Source: an uncultured bacterium (GTDB taxonomy: Bacteria > Fidelibacterota > Marinisomatia > SCGC-AAA003-L08 > D37C17). From it: 44,770 nt of DNA. Shown in pieces: positions 18,654 to 27,676 of this stretch. The notes under the pieces were generated by a model. That model did no database searches, had not been told where the DNA came from, and was given only the letters and a program-made list of their open reading frames with translations. Position numbers and translations under genes: made by a program. The DNA lies in NCBI GenBank assembly GCA_964342955.1, contig CAYFHL010000001.1, positions 1 through 44,770 of the forward strand, read 5' to 3'. The stretch's first letter is position 1; every line of letters begins with the position of its first letter.

Positions 18654-19413
18654 TTTTTAATAATTGACGTTGTCTTTCAAACAAAATAGCGCTTGCAGCT
18701 GAGCCTACATTTAATGAATTAATTTTTCCAGACATTGGTATAGTTGCTTTTATATTACATATATTTAAAATTTCTTTTCTAATTCCAGAGCCTTCGCTGC
18801 CAATAACAATTAGTGTTGGTTTTAAAAAATTAATTTCATACCAAGGCAGAGCTTTTATACTATTTTCAAGCCCTACAATAAATAATCCTTTTTGCTTAAG
18901 CTTTATTATTTCATTCTTTAAATTTTTACATATAAAAATTGGTATGTTTAGAAATGCACCTTGACTAACTTGAAATACTGATTCAGTCAATTGCACTGAT
19001 TTATTAGAAGGAATGATTATACCATCAATCCCAGCACATTCAGAAGTACGAATTATTTGACCTAAATTTTGTGGATCCTCTAAATTATCTAATGTTAATA
19101 AACAAAATTTATTACTAAATTTAGAAAAATTAGGTAAACTAGTAACAAAATTCCCCTTGAAATGAATAACAATTCCTTGAGTTCTTTTGGATTTATACTT
19201 TTTTAAAAATTGTTGTTTTGGGAGTCTTCTGATTTTTGATTTTATTTTTTGTATTTTATTAATTATTTTATTAGACTTTTCCGCTTTTCCACCTATCATT
19301 AAATCAACAAATATTATTTTAATTTTTTTTTGATTTAATATATTTTTGGTTCCATTCAGTCCATATATAGAAAAAATATTGTTTTTAGGTAATATTTTTT
19401 TTGTTTTATTCAT
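18646..19413 (-). CDS. SpoU/TrmH-family RNA 2'-O-methyltransferase (RlmB-like)
   Basis: 255 aa. LDNLEDPQNLGQIIRTSECAGIDGIIIP, VIGSEGSGIRKEI, IPMSGKINSLNVGSAASAILFE (SpoU motifs 1-3). The 3' end overlaps the pilD end convergently by 8 nt. Confidence 0.85.
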   Translation of the reverse strand: MNKTKKILPKNNIFSIYGLNGTKNILNQKKIKIIFVDLMIGGKAEKSNKIINKIQKIKSKIRRLPKQQFLKKYKSKRTQGIVIHFKGNFVTSLPNFSKFSNKFCLLTLDNLEDPQNLGQIIRTSECAGIDGIIIPSNKSVQLTESVFQVSQGAFLNIPIFICKNLKNEIIKLKQKGLFIVGLENSIKALPWYEINFLKPTLIVIGSEGSGIRKEILNICNIKATIPMSGKINSLNVGSAASAILFERQRQLLKIN

Positions 19414-19463
19414 TAATTTTCTTAAATATTGTTATATAATTTAATCTAATTTATATAAATATT

Positions 19464-19865
19464 ATGATTTTGATTTCTAATGTAGATAAAATACGTATTG
19501 ATAAGTGGCTTTGGGCTGTCCGAATTTTTAAAACTAGATCTATTTCAAAAGATAAATGTAATGGTGGCAAAGTAAAAATTAATGGAAAAAGTTTAAAACC
19601 ATCATATATAGTAAAAATAGATGACATAATTGAAGTACAGAAAAAAACTATAAAATATATCTACAAAGTTCTTCAGTTAACAGAAAAAAGAATCTCAGCA
19701 AAAAATATTAATGATTATATTGATGATCTTACATTAGAAAGTGAAATTTTAAAAAAGAAATCATTTTCCATGATCAAAATAAATCATAGAAAAAAGGGCA
19801 TGGGAAGACCTACAAAAAAAGAGCGCCGTTCAATGGAAAAAATAAATAAATTTTATAATAAATAA
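19464..19865 (+). CDS. hslR: S4-domain ribosome-associated heat-shock protein Hsp15-like
   Basis: IRIDKWLWAVRIFKTRSISKDKCNGGKVKINGKSLKPS and C-terminal GRPTKKERRSMEKINKF parallel E. coli HslR (RLDKWLWAARFYKTR ... RPDKKERRDLLRF). Confidence 0.8.
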   Translation: MILISNVDKIRIDKWLWAVRIFKTRSISKDKCNGGKVKINGKSLKPSYIVKIDDIIEVQKKTIKYIYKVLQLTEKRISAKNINDYIDDLTLESEILKKKSFSMIKINHRKKGMGRPTKKERRSMEKINKFYNK

Positions 19866-19912
19866 TTTTAATGCAACCTAAAAACTTCAATATAGAAAAC
19901 TATATTATTTGA

Positions 19913-20317
19913 ATGACTAGAATTAATTTAGTAGATCCATCAGAGCTTACAGATCAACACTTAATTGCAGAATATAGAGAAATATTTATGGTGGCAGGAT
20001 CTTTAAAAAGAACTCTTCTAAGTAAAAGAGGTTATCAAAAATATAAGGTTCCACAAAATTATACGCTTAATAAAGGACATGTTTATTTTTTCTATAATAA
20101 AGGGAAGTACTTAGATAAAAGATATAACAAATTAATTTCTGAAATGAAAGTAAGGGGATTTAAGCCAAATAAAAACAGAAATTTCCCAAAAAAAATATTT
20201 ATTGATAATGATTTATATAATGATTGGAACCCAAATCTAGAGGATTATAAAATTGTAAGAGACCGAATTAATAAAAAAATTTCAATGAAACCAAACTGGT
20301 ATAGAAAAACAAAATAA
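19913..20317 (+). CDS. pyrimidine-dimer DNA glycosylase / AP lyase, phage T4 endonuclease V (DenV) family
   Basis: MTRINLVDPSELTDQHLIAEYREI versus T4 DenV [24 protein letters not shown]. The catalytic Thr2 N-terminus and Glu23 are conserved. 134 aa versus 138 aa in T4. Confidence 0.9.
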   Translation: MTRINLVDPSELTDQHLIAEYREIFMVAGSLKRTLLSKRGYQKYKVPQNYTLNKGHVYFFYNKGKYLDKRYNKLISEMKVRGFKPNKNRNFPKKIFIDNDLYNDWNPNLEDYKIVRDRINKKISMKPNWYRKTK

Positions 20318-20337
20318 ACTTGTTTTGCACTAATTTT

Positions 20338-21774
20338 CTAGAAAAATATTGATCGAAAACCTAATGATAGCATCCATCCATTATAATTGATTTCTGGTGC
20401 TTTTCCCACCCAATAGGCTGTATAAGTATCTATATCTTGTTCTTCATTTTCAAGATTATATCTCCAATCTCCAATTGTTATACTAGCTAATACATACTCG
20501 CCTTTTACAAGCATATCAATTTCTGGTGTAATCATTATAGAAGATCTTAACCCTATGCGTGGACTAATGATTGGTAAAAATACTATATTGGATTCATCGT
20601 TTTCCTGCTCATGATCAGATCTAAAATTCAAATCTACTGGAATAGTTAAGTAACTGCCAAAATTAAATATGGAGTTTCTAATGAAATTATTATTTAAAGT
20701 ACCTCCAAAGCTAATTTGAGAGTTATTGATTTGGTGACTATCTTCAACAATCCCAAATCCACTAAACAAGGTAGTGCTAAATTTATTAAAAGCATCTATT
20801 TCACCAAATGCTCTAAATCTTATATTGAAAGGATTTATACCATATTTAATATCAATCCCTCCAACCAATAATTGGTTTACTAATTCTTGAGCTTGATATC
20901 CTAATTCTATTTTATCCCATTTTCTCAAAATAATACTTTGGTTCGCATTTATACTAGATGATATTACTTGTACTATACCTACTGATTTACCTGGGATCAC
21001 AATATCTCTATTATTTATTTTTCTATTTATATTCGGTGAATATATTTCAAACAAGGCACCTTCTTCTACACCAATATCAGAACCAAGTAACAATGTTAAG
21101 TATCTTCTGTTAATATCTATTACTTCACTTTTTAATACATAAAATGATCTTAGCTTATTATTAATTTGATAACGAATTTGATCAAGAGCTTTACTTAAAG
21201 ATTCAGTTTTTATGCCGCCCGTATGCTCTGCACTAAAAGTAAATGACGTGATTAATTGTGATGTTTCTACATTAATAAGATGAACTTCTCCATTAATGAT
21301 AGATTTTATATTATTAGGATAACGTTCAATATTTTGCAGGTCTTTATCTATTTTAGCTTTAACTGCCTCTTTTATAACCCATCCGACTAAACCAGTTTCA
21401 GGCTCATTTTTATCTTCTTGTTTTTTATCTTCTTGTGTTGGGATCCCTTGTTGGCCAAAATTTATTATATTTACTAAAATTGCTTCATCCGCTCCAGATA
21501 TCTTACCTAATTCAATTGCTTGATTTTGATCTACAGCTCCAGAATGTTGGAATCTTTGTTCATTTAAAATTATTTCCGTTTGACTACGATCAATAACGTA
21601 ATATCTCTTTAATTGACTTGCTGATGAAGATACAATTTTGTTGATTTTTAAACTTATATCACCATGATCTTTTGACGATAATATTATTAATTTTTTCTTT
21701 TCCGAAGTAATTATATTTGTATTACTAACAGAATAAAGAATATTTAGAAAAATTACTAACTGAAGTAATCTCAT
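20338..21774 (-). CDS. CsgG/LpoB-like periplasmic domain fused to a C-terminal outer-membrane beta-barrel-like region
   Basis: 478 aa. Signal peptide without Cys. CsgG-type block YYVIDRSQTEIILNEQRFQHSGAVDQNQAIELGKISGADEAILVNIINF ... GEVHLINVETSQLITS. The C-terminal ~170 aa show alternating-hydrophobic strands ending in ...MLSLGFRSIFF (terminal Phe, an OMP beta-signal). Confidence 0.55.
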   Translation of the reverse strand: MRLLQLVIFLNILYSVSNTNIITSEKKKLIILSSKDHGDISLKINKIVSSSASQLKRYYVIDRSQTEIILNEQRFQHSGAVDQNQAIELGKISGADEAILVNIINFGQQGIPTQEDKKQEDKNEPETGLVGWVIKEAVKAKIDKDLQNIERYPNNIKSIINGEVHLINVETSQLITSFTFSAEHTGGIKTESLSKALDQIRYQINNKLRSFYVLKSEVIDINRRYLTLLLGSDIGVEEGALFEIYSPNINRKINNRDIVIPGKSVGIVQVISSSINANQSIILRKWDKIELGYQAQELVNQLLVGGIDIKYGINPFNIRFRAFGEIDAFNKFSTTLFSGFGIVEDSHQINNSQISFGGTLNNNFIRNSIFNFGSYLTIPVDLNFRSDHEQENDESNIVFLPIISPRIGLRSSIMITPEIDMLVKGEYVLASITIGDWRYNLENEEQDIDTYTAYWVGKAPEINYNGWMLSLGFRSIFF

Positions 21775-21786
21775 TATAAATTAATG

Positions 21787-22398
21787 CTATTCATTCGAAT
21801 ATCGTTTCCTATATTCCTCTACTTTTTTATTCATTTCTTCATATAATTCTGTAGCACGCATAGCATTATAAAGTTGCTCATCAGCTTTTATTTGCTCTAG
21901 CATTCTTTTTTGGGCAGCACCTTCATCATATTCAACTAATACATATGCTCTATAAATCTTTTTTCCATCATCTGTTTTTTCTTCCATAACTTCACGTTTC
22001 GAAACATTAATATCATTTAAACGTTTTGAAATAACTTGTTCTTGAGTACTAGAAAATTGATCAATTAATTTAGAATTTTCTTCCAAACCAGTCTCCTCTT
22101 GCAATCTTTTAATTAGAGCATTCCATTCAGATTCAATCATTCCGGCAAGTGTGGTAGATGCAGAGGTACGCGCTTTATCAATTGCTAACTGCATATCTTG
22201 ACTAGTTGCAGATGAAGCATTACTTTTAAAACCTTCTTTATATGGAGGATTTAAGAACCAATCAGGTGATGACATAATCGTTTTTTTTGATGCATCAGGT
22301 GAAAGATTTGGTCCAGATTTTGCTCCACAATTAATGACGACTAATACTAAAATAAGATATAGTATACTATGTTTATTATCCATAATTACTCCTTTCAT
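21787..22398 (-). CDS. LPP20-family lipoprotein
   Basis: 203 aa. Lipobox LVVINC. SPDWFLNPPYKEG...ATSQDMQLAIDKARTSASTTLAGMIESEW is the LPP20 signature arrangement. Confidence 0.6.
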   Translation of the reverse strand: MKGVIMDNKHSILYLILVLVVINCGAKSGPNLSPDASKKTIMSSPDWFLNPPYKEGFKSNASSATSQDMQLAIDKARTSASTTLAGMIESEWNALIKRLQEETGLEENSKLIDQFSSTQEQVISKRLNDINVSKREVMEEKTDDGKKIYRAYVLVEYDEGAAQKRMLEQIKADEQLYNAMRATELYEEMNKKVEEYRKRYSNE

Positions 22399-22403
22399 TA
22401 TAT

Positions 22404-23744
22404 TTATAATACATTTAATAATTTAAAAAGTTCAGGTAAAAAATCAATTTGAACCTTTTCTGACATTTTTCTAAATGTTTGCATTCCTGATTCATAATTA
22501 GAATTAAAATCACTTCCTTGTATTTTTGTATATGATTTTGCTGAAATTTCTTTGTTTGTTTTGCCATTAATTACGGTAAAGGTTGCATCACCATAAGTCA
22601 TATAAATCCCCCATTCATTTGGATTTTCTGAAGTAATTCTTGTTTGAATAATACCCTCAATAATAATCTCTGCATTATTTTTTTCAACCATATTAGATGA
22701 ATAATTTTTGGATAAATAATCTAATATTAGTGGTTTAATTACTGGATTTTTTAATTCTACATCTAAATTCTTTTCTATAATATTAACATATAGCTTAGGT
22801 TCCAAAATTTTCAATCTAGTTTGCGTAATAACTGGTTGAATTTTACCTAAAAATAAATTGTTGGGGAAAAAATGATCAATATTTATTTGAAAGTTTATAT
22901 ATTGTATTGATTCCTTATTAAAATCTTGAGGAATAGAGAAAGCACAATTTCCAATTGAATCAGATAAAACAAAATTGTTTTTATTTAAATTTCTTGTATA
23001 GCAAAAAACAGGGAAATTTGCTAAAGGAACATTTGTTTTTTTATCTATTAATTTTACTTTAATACTCTTATTTTTTGTAAAGCCTCTTTTTAATTCAATT
23101 TCTTTCATAGATGGTTTAAGCTGTAATCTATTTATAGATTCAATACCTAATGATTTTATCAATTCATATAAATTTATTTTATTATTCGAATCTTCTGGAT
23201 ATATAATCTCAATTGGAATATTCATATATGGCATAATCTCAGACACAGCTTCATTTATAAAAATAAAACTCTCGTAAGAAAATTTTTCCTTAGACTTATC
23301 TAAAAGTTTTATGGAAGTTGCAATGGCATTTTTTCTTTTTAATTTTTGTGTTTCATAATATTTTCTTTGTGATAGCCTAACAAGAATATAGTAAGCATTT
23401 TTATTTTCAAAATAATCTACAATTTCTATATTACTAAAATTATTTTTTATGTGCGTGGAAATAATTGATTCAGTGAATGTGTTAATATCATAATTTAATT
23501 CAGTATTTATATTTTTAAATTTTGAACTGATATCAATTGAAATTTGAGAGCCTATTTCATTAATTGCCTGAACACGTGCTTTTTCTCTTATATTATTTCC
23601 ATCATATGGTTTGTTAACAACACCAACACCAAACCAATATCCTTGAGTTATAGGGCTTTGATTAATCCATGATGGACTAGAATTAAGGTGAGAGCAGGAA
23701 TATAGAATTAATAATAATAATGAATATTTTTTTAAATATAAAAT
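22404..23744 (-). CDS. lipoprotein with an N-terminal LPP20-like domain; probable non-canonical ATT start (track ORF 22404..23246 is only the C-terminal 280 aa)
   Basis: The frame is open from 23759 with no ATG/GTG/TTG before the GTG at 23246. The upstream 166 codons encode (I/M)LYLKKYSLLLLILYSC (signal peptide plus lipobox), then SPSWINQSPITQGYWFGVGVV...IREKARVQAINEIGSQISIDISS (LPP20-like). AGGA lies 8 nt upstream of the ATT at 23744..23742. Confidence 0.6.
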   Translation of the reverse strand: MLYLKKYSLLLLILYSCSHLNSSPSWINQSPITQGYWFGVGVVNKPYDGNNIREKARVQAINEIGSQISIDISSKFKNINTELNYDINTFTESIISTHIKNNFSNIEIVDYFENKNAYYILVRLSQRKYYETQKLKRKNAIATSIKLLDKSKEKFSYESFIFINEAVSEIMPYMNIPIEIIYPEDSNNKINLYELIKSLGIESINRLQLKPSMKEIELKRGFTKNKSIKVKLIDKKTNVPLANFPVFCYTRNLNKNNFVLSDSIGNCAFSIPQDFNKESIQYINFQINIDHFFPNNLFLGKIQPVITQTRLKILEPKLYVNIIEKNLDVELKNPVIKPLILDYLSKNYSSNMVEKNNAEIIIEGIIQTRITSENPNEWGIYMTYGDATFTVINGKTNKEISAKSYTKIQGSDFNSNYESGMQTFRKMSEKVQIDFLPELFKLLNVL

Positions 23745-23745
23745 T

Positions 23746-24327
23746 TTACTCTTCCTGTTTTAGTGCATTATCAATTTTATAGACAAATTGAGCAAACAGC
23801 TGAGGATCATAATCCTTTAATATAGCACCCGGATGTGACCAAAGAATATCACCTTTTTTTCCAATTAAAAATGAAGAAGGAAGCGCATAAACTCCACCAT
23901 AGCTTTGAGTAATTTTATTCATTGTCGATATATCACCCCAAAGCAAAGTGTAATCAACCTGATAAGATTTAACAAAATTCTTTAATTGTTTTTTACTATC
24001 TGATACACTAATTCCCCAAATTTCTAACCCCTCTTCATTATACTTCTTATGAAGTTCATTAAAATCAGGAATTTCCATTCGGCAAGGCCCACACCAAGTT
24101 GCCCAAAAATTTAACAAAACAACTTTTCCTCTCATTTTATCTAAAGTAAGTAAACTATCATCTATTGAATTTAGTGTAAAGTTTGGAGCTCGATTAAAAT
24201 CAGATAAAGCCTTTTTAACCAAATCTAGTTGATTTTCATCCAAAGCTCTTTCATCACTCAGAATTAGCATATTGATAAAAAATACTAACGCAACAATTAA
24301 AGCTTTTCTAAAGTATAAAATATTCAT
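23746..24327 (-). CDS. periplasmic thiol:disulfide oxidoreductase, TlpA/ResA-like thioredoxin-fold protein
   Basis: 193 aa. N-terminal anchor/signal. LLNFWATWCGPCRMEIP active site (WCxxC). AhpC/TSA-like length. Confidence 0.85.
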   Translation of the reverse strand: MNILYFRKALIVALVFFINMLILSDERALDENQLDLVKKALSDFNRAPNFTLNSIDDSLLTLDKMRGKVVLLNFWATWCGPCRMEIPDFNELHKKYNEEGLEIWGISVSDSKKQLKNFVKSYQVDYTLLWGDISTMNKITQSYGGVYALPSSFLIGKKGDILWSHPGAILKDYDPQLFAQFVYKIDNALKQEE

Positions 24328-24334
24328 CTTCTTT

Positions 24335-26245
24335 TCAGTTCAAATTATGTTTTGTTAAAGCATCATTTAAAAAATTTATAAAATTATCCGGATTAGTATC
24401 CATTCCTGGAAAACGTGCAATCTCCTCATCATACTTATTTAATACTACATAAAATGGTAATGCTGCTGTTCCAAACCTATCTATTTCCATTTGTTGATTC
24501 TGTCTATGATTTTCCCCTCCATCAGTATAGAGTCTAACCATAATAAAATTCTTAAACAAATCTTTTACTGTAGAGTGCTCAAATATATTAGTTTCCATCC
24601 AACGACAATTTGTACAAGTATACCCTGTAAAATCAATAAATATTGGCGTATTACTATTTTTTGATTCAATTAATGCTTGTTCTAAGTTATCAAGCCATTT
24701 TATTTCCTCATCATTATGTGTTGTGCTTGAAAGACTAAAATCATTCTCTGAGATTGGAGGTGGAAGATAAGAATCAATTAATCCATGTATAGGCCTTCCA
24801 AATAATCCTGTACTTAAATACAAACTAAAAGTTAAAAATATTATACTTAAAACTAATCGAGGAACTCCTATATAATCTAAATCTGAATCATGAGGTAACT
24901 TTACTTTACCTAAAAGATATATACCCATCATAAATGCAATAATTGTCCAACTAGCTAATACTGCGGGCTTTGTAAAAATATGCCATTGCCAAACTAAATC
25001 AGCATTGCTTATAAATTTCATAGCAGCACCTAATTCTAAAAATCCCATAGTTACTTTTACTGAATTTAGCCAACCTCCAGATTTTGGTAATTTGGATAAA
25101 TACTGTGGAAATAGTGCCAAGAAAAAAAATGGAGATGCAAAAGCTGCTGAGAAAAAAATCATTCCAATAATTGGCCAAAAATAACTCCCTTGGCTTGCAG
25201 CAACTAATAAAAGACCAACAAATTGTACTGTGCATGTAAATGAAGTAAGAGTAAAAGTAAGTGCCATAAATATTATACCTATAAAACCACCTTTTTCTTC
25301 TTGCTTTAAACTAAATTGCCTTAATACAGAGGGGATCTCAATTTCATAATGGCCAAATAAACTAAATGCAAAATATATAAATAAAAATGCTATTAGAAGA
25401 TTTACAATGGGATTAGAAGCTAATTGATTTGCTCCAGATGCACCTAATGTAATAGCTAAAATCAGACCTAATCCAGTGAAGATTACTATTATTCCTAGAG
25501 CATAAATTGATGCTGCTTTAATAGGAGAATTATTATTTTTTTCCCCTTCTTTTGTGAAAAAAGAAACCGTAATTGGAATCATAGGAAATACACATGGTGT
25601 TAATAGAGCAAGAAATCCCATACTAATTGCAAATAATATAAATGAAACAATACCTTGATTAATTTGATCTTTAAGATCATCTGGAGTGTTAGATTTAGAT
25701 TCATAATTAGTTATGATGGCTTCTTGAAATTGTGATCTAGAAGGACCTGGTTCTACAGTAAAATCAAGACTAAATTCATCCCACATAGGGATGCACATTT
25801 TTATATCACAAGCTTGATATGCAAATTCTCCTTTAATTATATATTGTCCTGGATCTAAATCATCTCTTATTCTTAATGTTTGTTTCAGTTTTAAATTGCC
25901 CTTATGAAAACCTACTTCTTGTTTTAAATTAGAATCATATTTAATCTGCGGTCTTGGTTCTTCTATAATACCAAATTGTGAGAAGTATGAAGAATCCTCC
26001 CAATAAAATATTGTAGGGCTTAAATTTAAATCTGGATTACAAGAATAAATGTGATAACCTTTATCAATTAATATATCTGCAGAAATAGTTAAATTTTCAC
26101 CACTTCTTACATTTTGATTGTTTATACTTAATTTATAATTAACAGGATTAACAAATTCATTTTGGGATGAAAATATAAAGCTTGCTAAAAATATTATTAT
26201 ATTGATTTTTTTCATAATTCCTCTGTTATATTTAGTCCGTTGCAC
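24335..26245 (-). CDS. dsbD: thiol:disulfide interchange protein DsbD (N-terminal alpha domain, membrane domain, C-terminal thioredoxin domain)
   Basis: 636 aa. YQACDIKMCIPM (alpha domain), LTPCVFPMIPI (TM domain), FTGYTCTNCRWME (gamma thioredoxin domain). The true start is possibly the second Met (MKKINIIIFL, about 26215). Confidence 0.85.
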   Translation of the reverse strand: MQRTKYNRGIMKKINIIIFLASFIFSSQNEFVNPVNYKLSINNQNVRSGENLTISADILIDKGYHIYSCNPDLNLSPTIFYWEDSSYFSQFGIIEEPRPQIKYDSNLKQEVGFHKGNLKLKQTLRIRDDLDPGQYIIKGEFAYQACDIKMCIPMWDEFSLDFTVEPGPSRSQFQEAIITNYESKSNTPDDLKDQINQGIVSFILFAISMGFLALLTPCVFPMIPITVSFFTKEGEKNNNSPIKAASIYALGIIVIFTGLGLILAITLGASGANQLASNPIVNLLIAFLFIYFAFSLFGHYEIEIPSVLRQFSLKQEEKGGFIGIIFMALTFTLTSFTCTVQFVGLLLVAASQGSYFWPIIGMIFFSAAFASPFFFLALFPQYLSKLPKSGGWLNSVKVTMGFLELGAAMKFISNADLVWQWHIFTKPAVLASWTIIAFMMGIYLLGKVKLPHDSDLDYIGVPRLVLSIIFLTFSLYLSTGLFGRPIHGLIDSYLPPPISENDFSLSSTTHNDEEIKWLDNLEQALIESKNSNTPIFIDFTGYTCTNCRWMETNIFEHSTVKDLFKNFIMVRLYTDGGENHRQNQQMEIDRFGTAALPFYVVLNKYDEEIARFPGMDTNPDNFINFLNDALTKHNLN

Positions 26246-27095
26246 TAATCACTCTTACTGTTTTCATAATTTGGGGTGAAATCGGAGCATCACTCCTTAA
26301 TTTTTTTTTCATATCTCTAACATATTCATCTCTGTTAGCATATTTAGGTAATTTTGTATAAAGCATGCCACCTTTTGGATCTCTTAAAGTTATCCAATCA
26401 TCTAGATTTTCACCATCTGGAATTATTTTTTTGCACATATTTTTTGCTAATCTATAATTAGTTTGTGATTTTACAATTTTATCAATAACATCCATTCCTT
26501 CAATGACCTCACCAAAGGCAGTATATTTGTTATCTAGATGAAATGCATCAGATACACAAATAAAAAACTGGCTTCCAGCAGAATTTGGATCTGGCCCTCT
26601 AGCCATTGATAAAACACCTCGTTTATGTGAAATTTCATTAAATTCTGCATCAATTGACCAACCAGGATTTCCTAATCCATCATTTTCAGGATCTATATCT
26701 CTTGATAAAATATCTCCTCCTTGAATCATAAAGTTAGGTATACTACGATGAAATAAAGTATTATCATAAAAACTACTATTCGCTAATTTTTTAAAATTCA
26801 TGCAATGCTTAGGTGCTATTTCAGGATAATAACGCAACTTAATTTTACCTCTATTTGTTATAATGACTATGGTATCAGTTTCTGAAATTGGACTAGGAAT
26901 GTATTTTTTAGCTGTATTTTTAATATCTTCTATTTGAGAACTTAACAAACCCTCAGTTTTATTAATTTTAGTTTGAGGAATTAGACCAGGTATATTAAAT
27001 CCTTTTTTTAAATCTAATATTGGTATTTGAACTATTGTATCCGATTGAGTATAAATTATATTTGTTACATATACTAATAGTAAATATTTAATCAT
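26232..27095 (-). CDS. secreted cyclophilin-type peptidyl-prolyl cis-trans isomerase
   Basis: 287 aa with a signal peptide. FHRSIPNFMIQGGD, GVLSMARG...NSAGSQFFI, TAFGEVIEGMDVIDKI. Confidence 0.9.
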   Translation of the reverse strand: MIKYLLLVYVTNIIYTQSDTIVQIPILDLKKGFNIPGLIPQTKINKTEGLLSSQIEDIKNTAKKYIPSPISETDTIVIITNRGKIKLRYYPEIAPKHCMNFKKLANSSFYDNTLFHRSIPNFMIQGGDILSRDIDPENDGLGNPGWSIDAEFNEISHKRGVLSMARGPDPNSAGSQFFICVSDAFHLDNKYTAFGEVIEGMDVIDKIVKSQTNYRLAKNMCKKIIPDGENLDDWITLRDPKGGMLYTKLPKYANRDEYVRDMKKKLRSDAPISPQIMKTVRVISATD

Positions 27096-27103
27096 AAGAT
27101 TCC

Positions 27104-27676
27104 TTATTTTCCAGTTGATCCTCTTTTTGTAATTGGTACATTGTTTTTACATTGCGGGCACTGATTTGGTTCCCAAATTTCACTAGGAATTTTAAGTAAT
27201 GAAGATGATGATACTCCAAAATCTATTCCATCGGGACTACGATCAACTATATTAATGATTTGTTTTACTCTACCTTGATGTGATTTTATCAAATCTAACA
27301 ATTCAAAAACAGAGCCGCCAGTTGTTATAATATCTTCAACAATTACAATATTCATACCCTTTTTAATACTAAAGCCCCTCCTAAACTCCATTTTCCCATC
27401 AATTCTTTCACTAAAAATATATTTTGTATTTAAATGACGACCAACACCACCAGCAATTAAAATACCACCAATAGCTGCGCCTACTACAATATCTATATTT
27501 TTGAAACTAATTTTCTGTGAAATTGCTAAACATACTTTATCTAATGCAGTCGGATTTTCTAAAATTCTAAATTTTTCAATGTATCGGTTACTATGTTTAC
27601 CTGAAGTAAGTAAAAAGTGTCCATCCATTATTGCACCTGTTTGTACTAATAAATCATAAATTTTATTCAAATTCAC
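27104..27676 (-). CDS. pyrE: orotate phosphoribosyltransferase
   Basis: GTG start overlapping the pyrF stop (ATGTGA). 190 aa. PRPP loop VIVEDIITTGGS. HFLLTSGKHS. Confidence 0.9.
   Translation of the reverse strand: MNLNKIYDLLVQTGAIMDGHFLLTSGKHSNRYIEKFRILENPTALDKVCLAISQKISFKNIDIVVGAAIGGILIAGGVGRHLNTKYIFSERIDGKMEFRRGFSIKKGMNIVIVEDIITTGGSVFELLDLIKSHQGRVKQIINIVDRSPDGIDFGVSSSSLLKIPSEIWEPNQCPQCKNNVPITKRGSTGK

Noticed and set aside
19913-20317. The DenV-like gene as a marker of a prophage or genomic island.
   Set aside because: No integrase, phage structural genes, tRNA attachment site or flanking repeats are present, and both neighbours are ordinary chromosomal genes.
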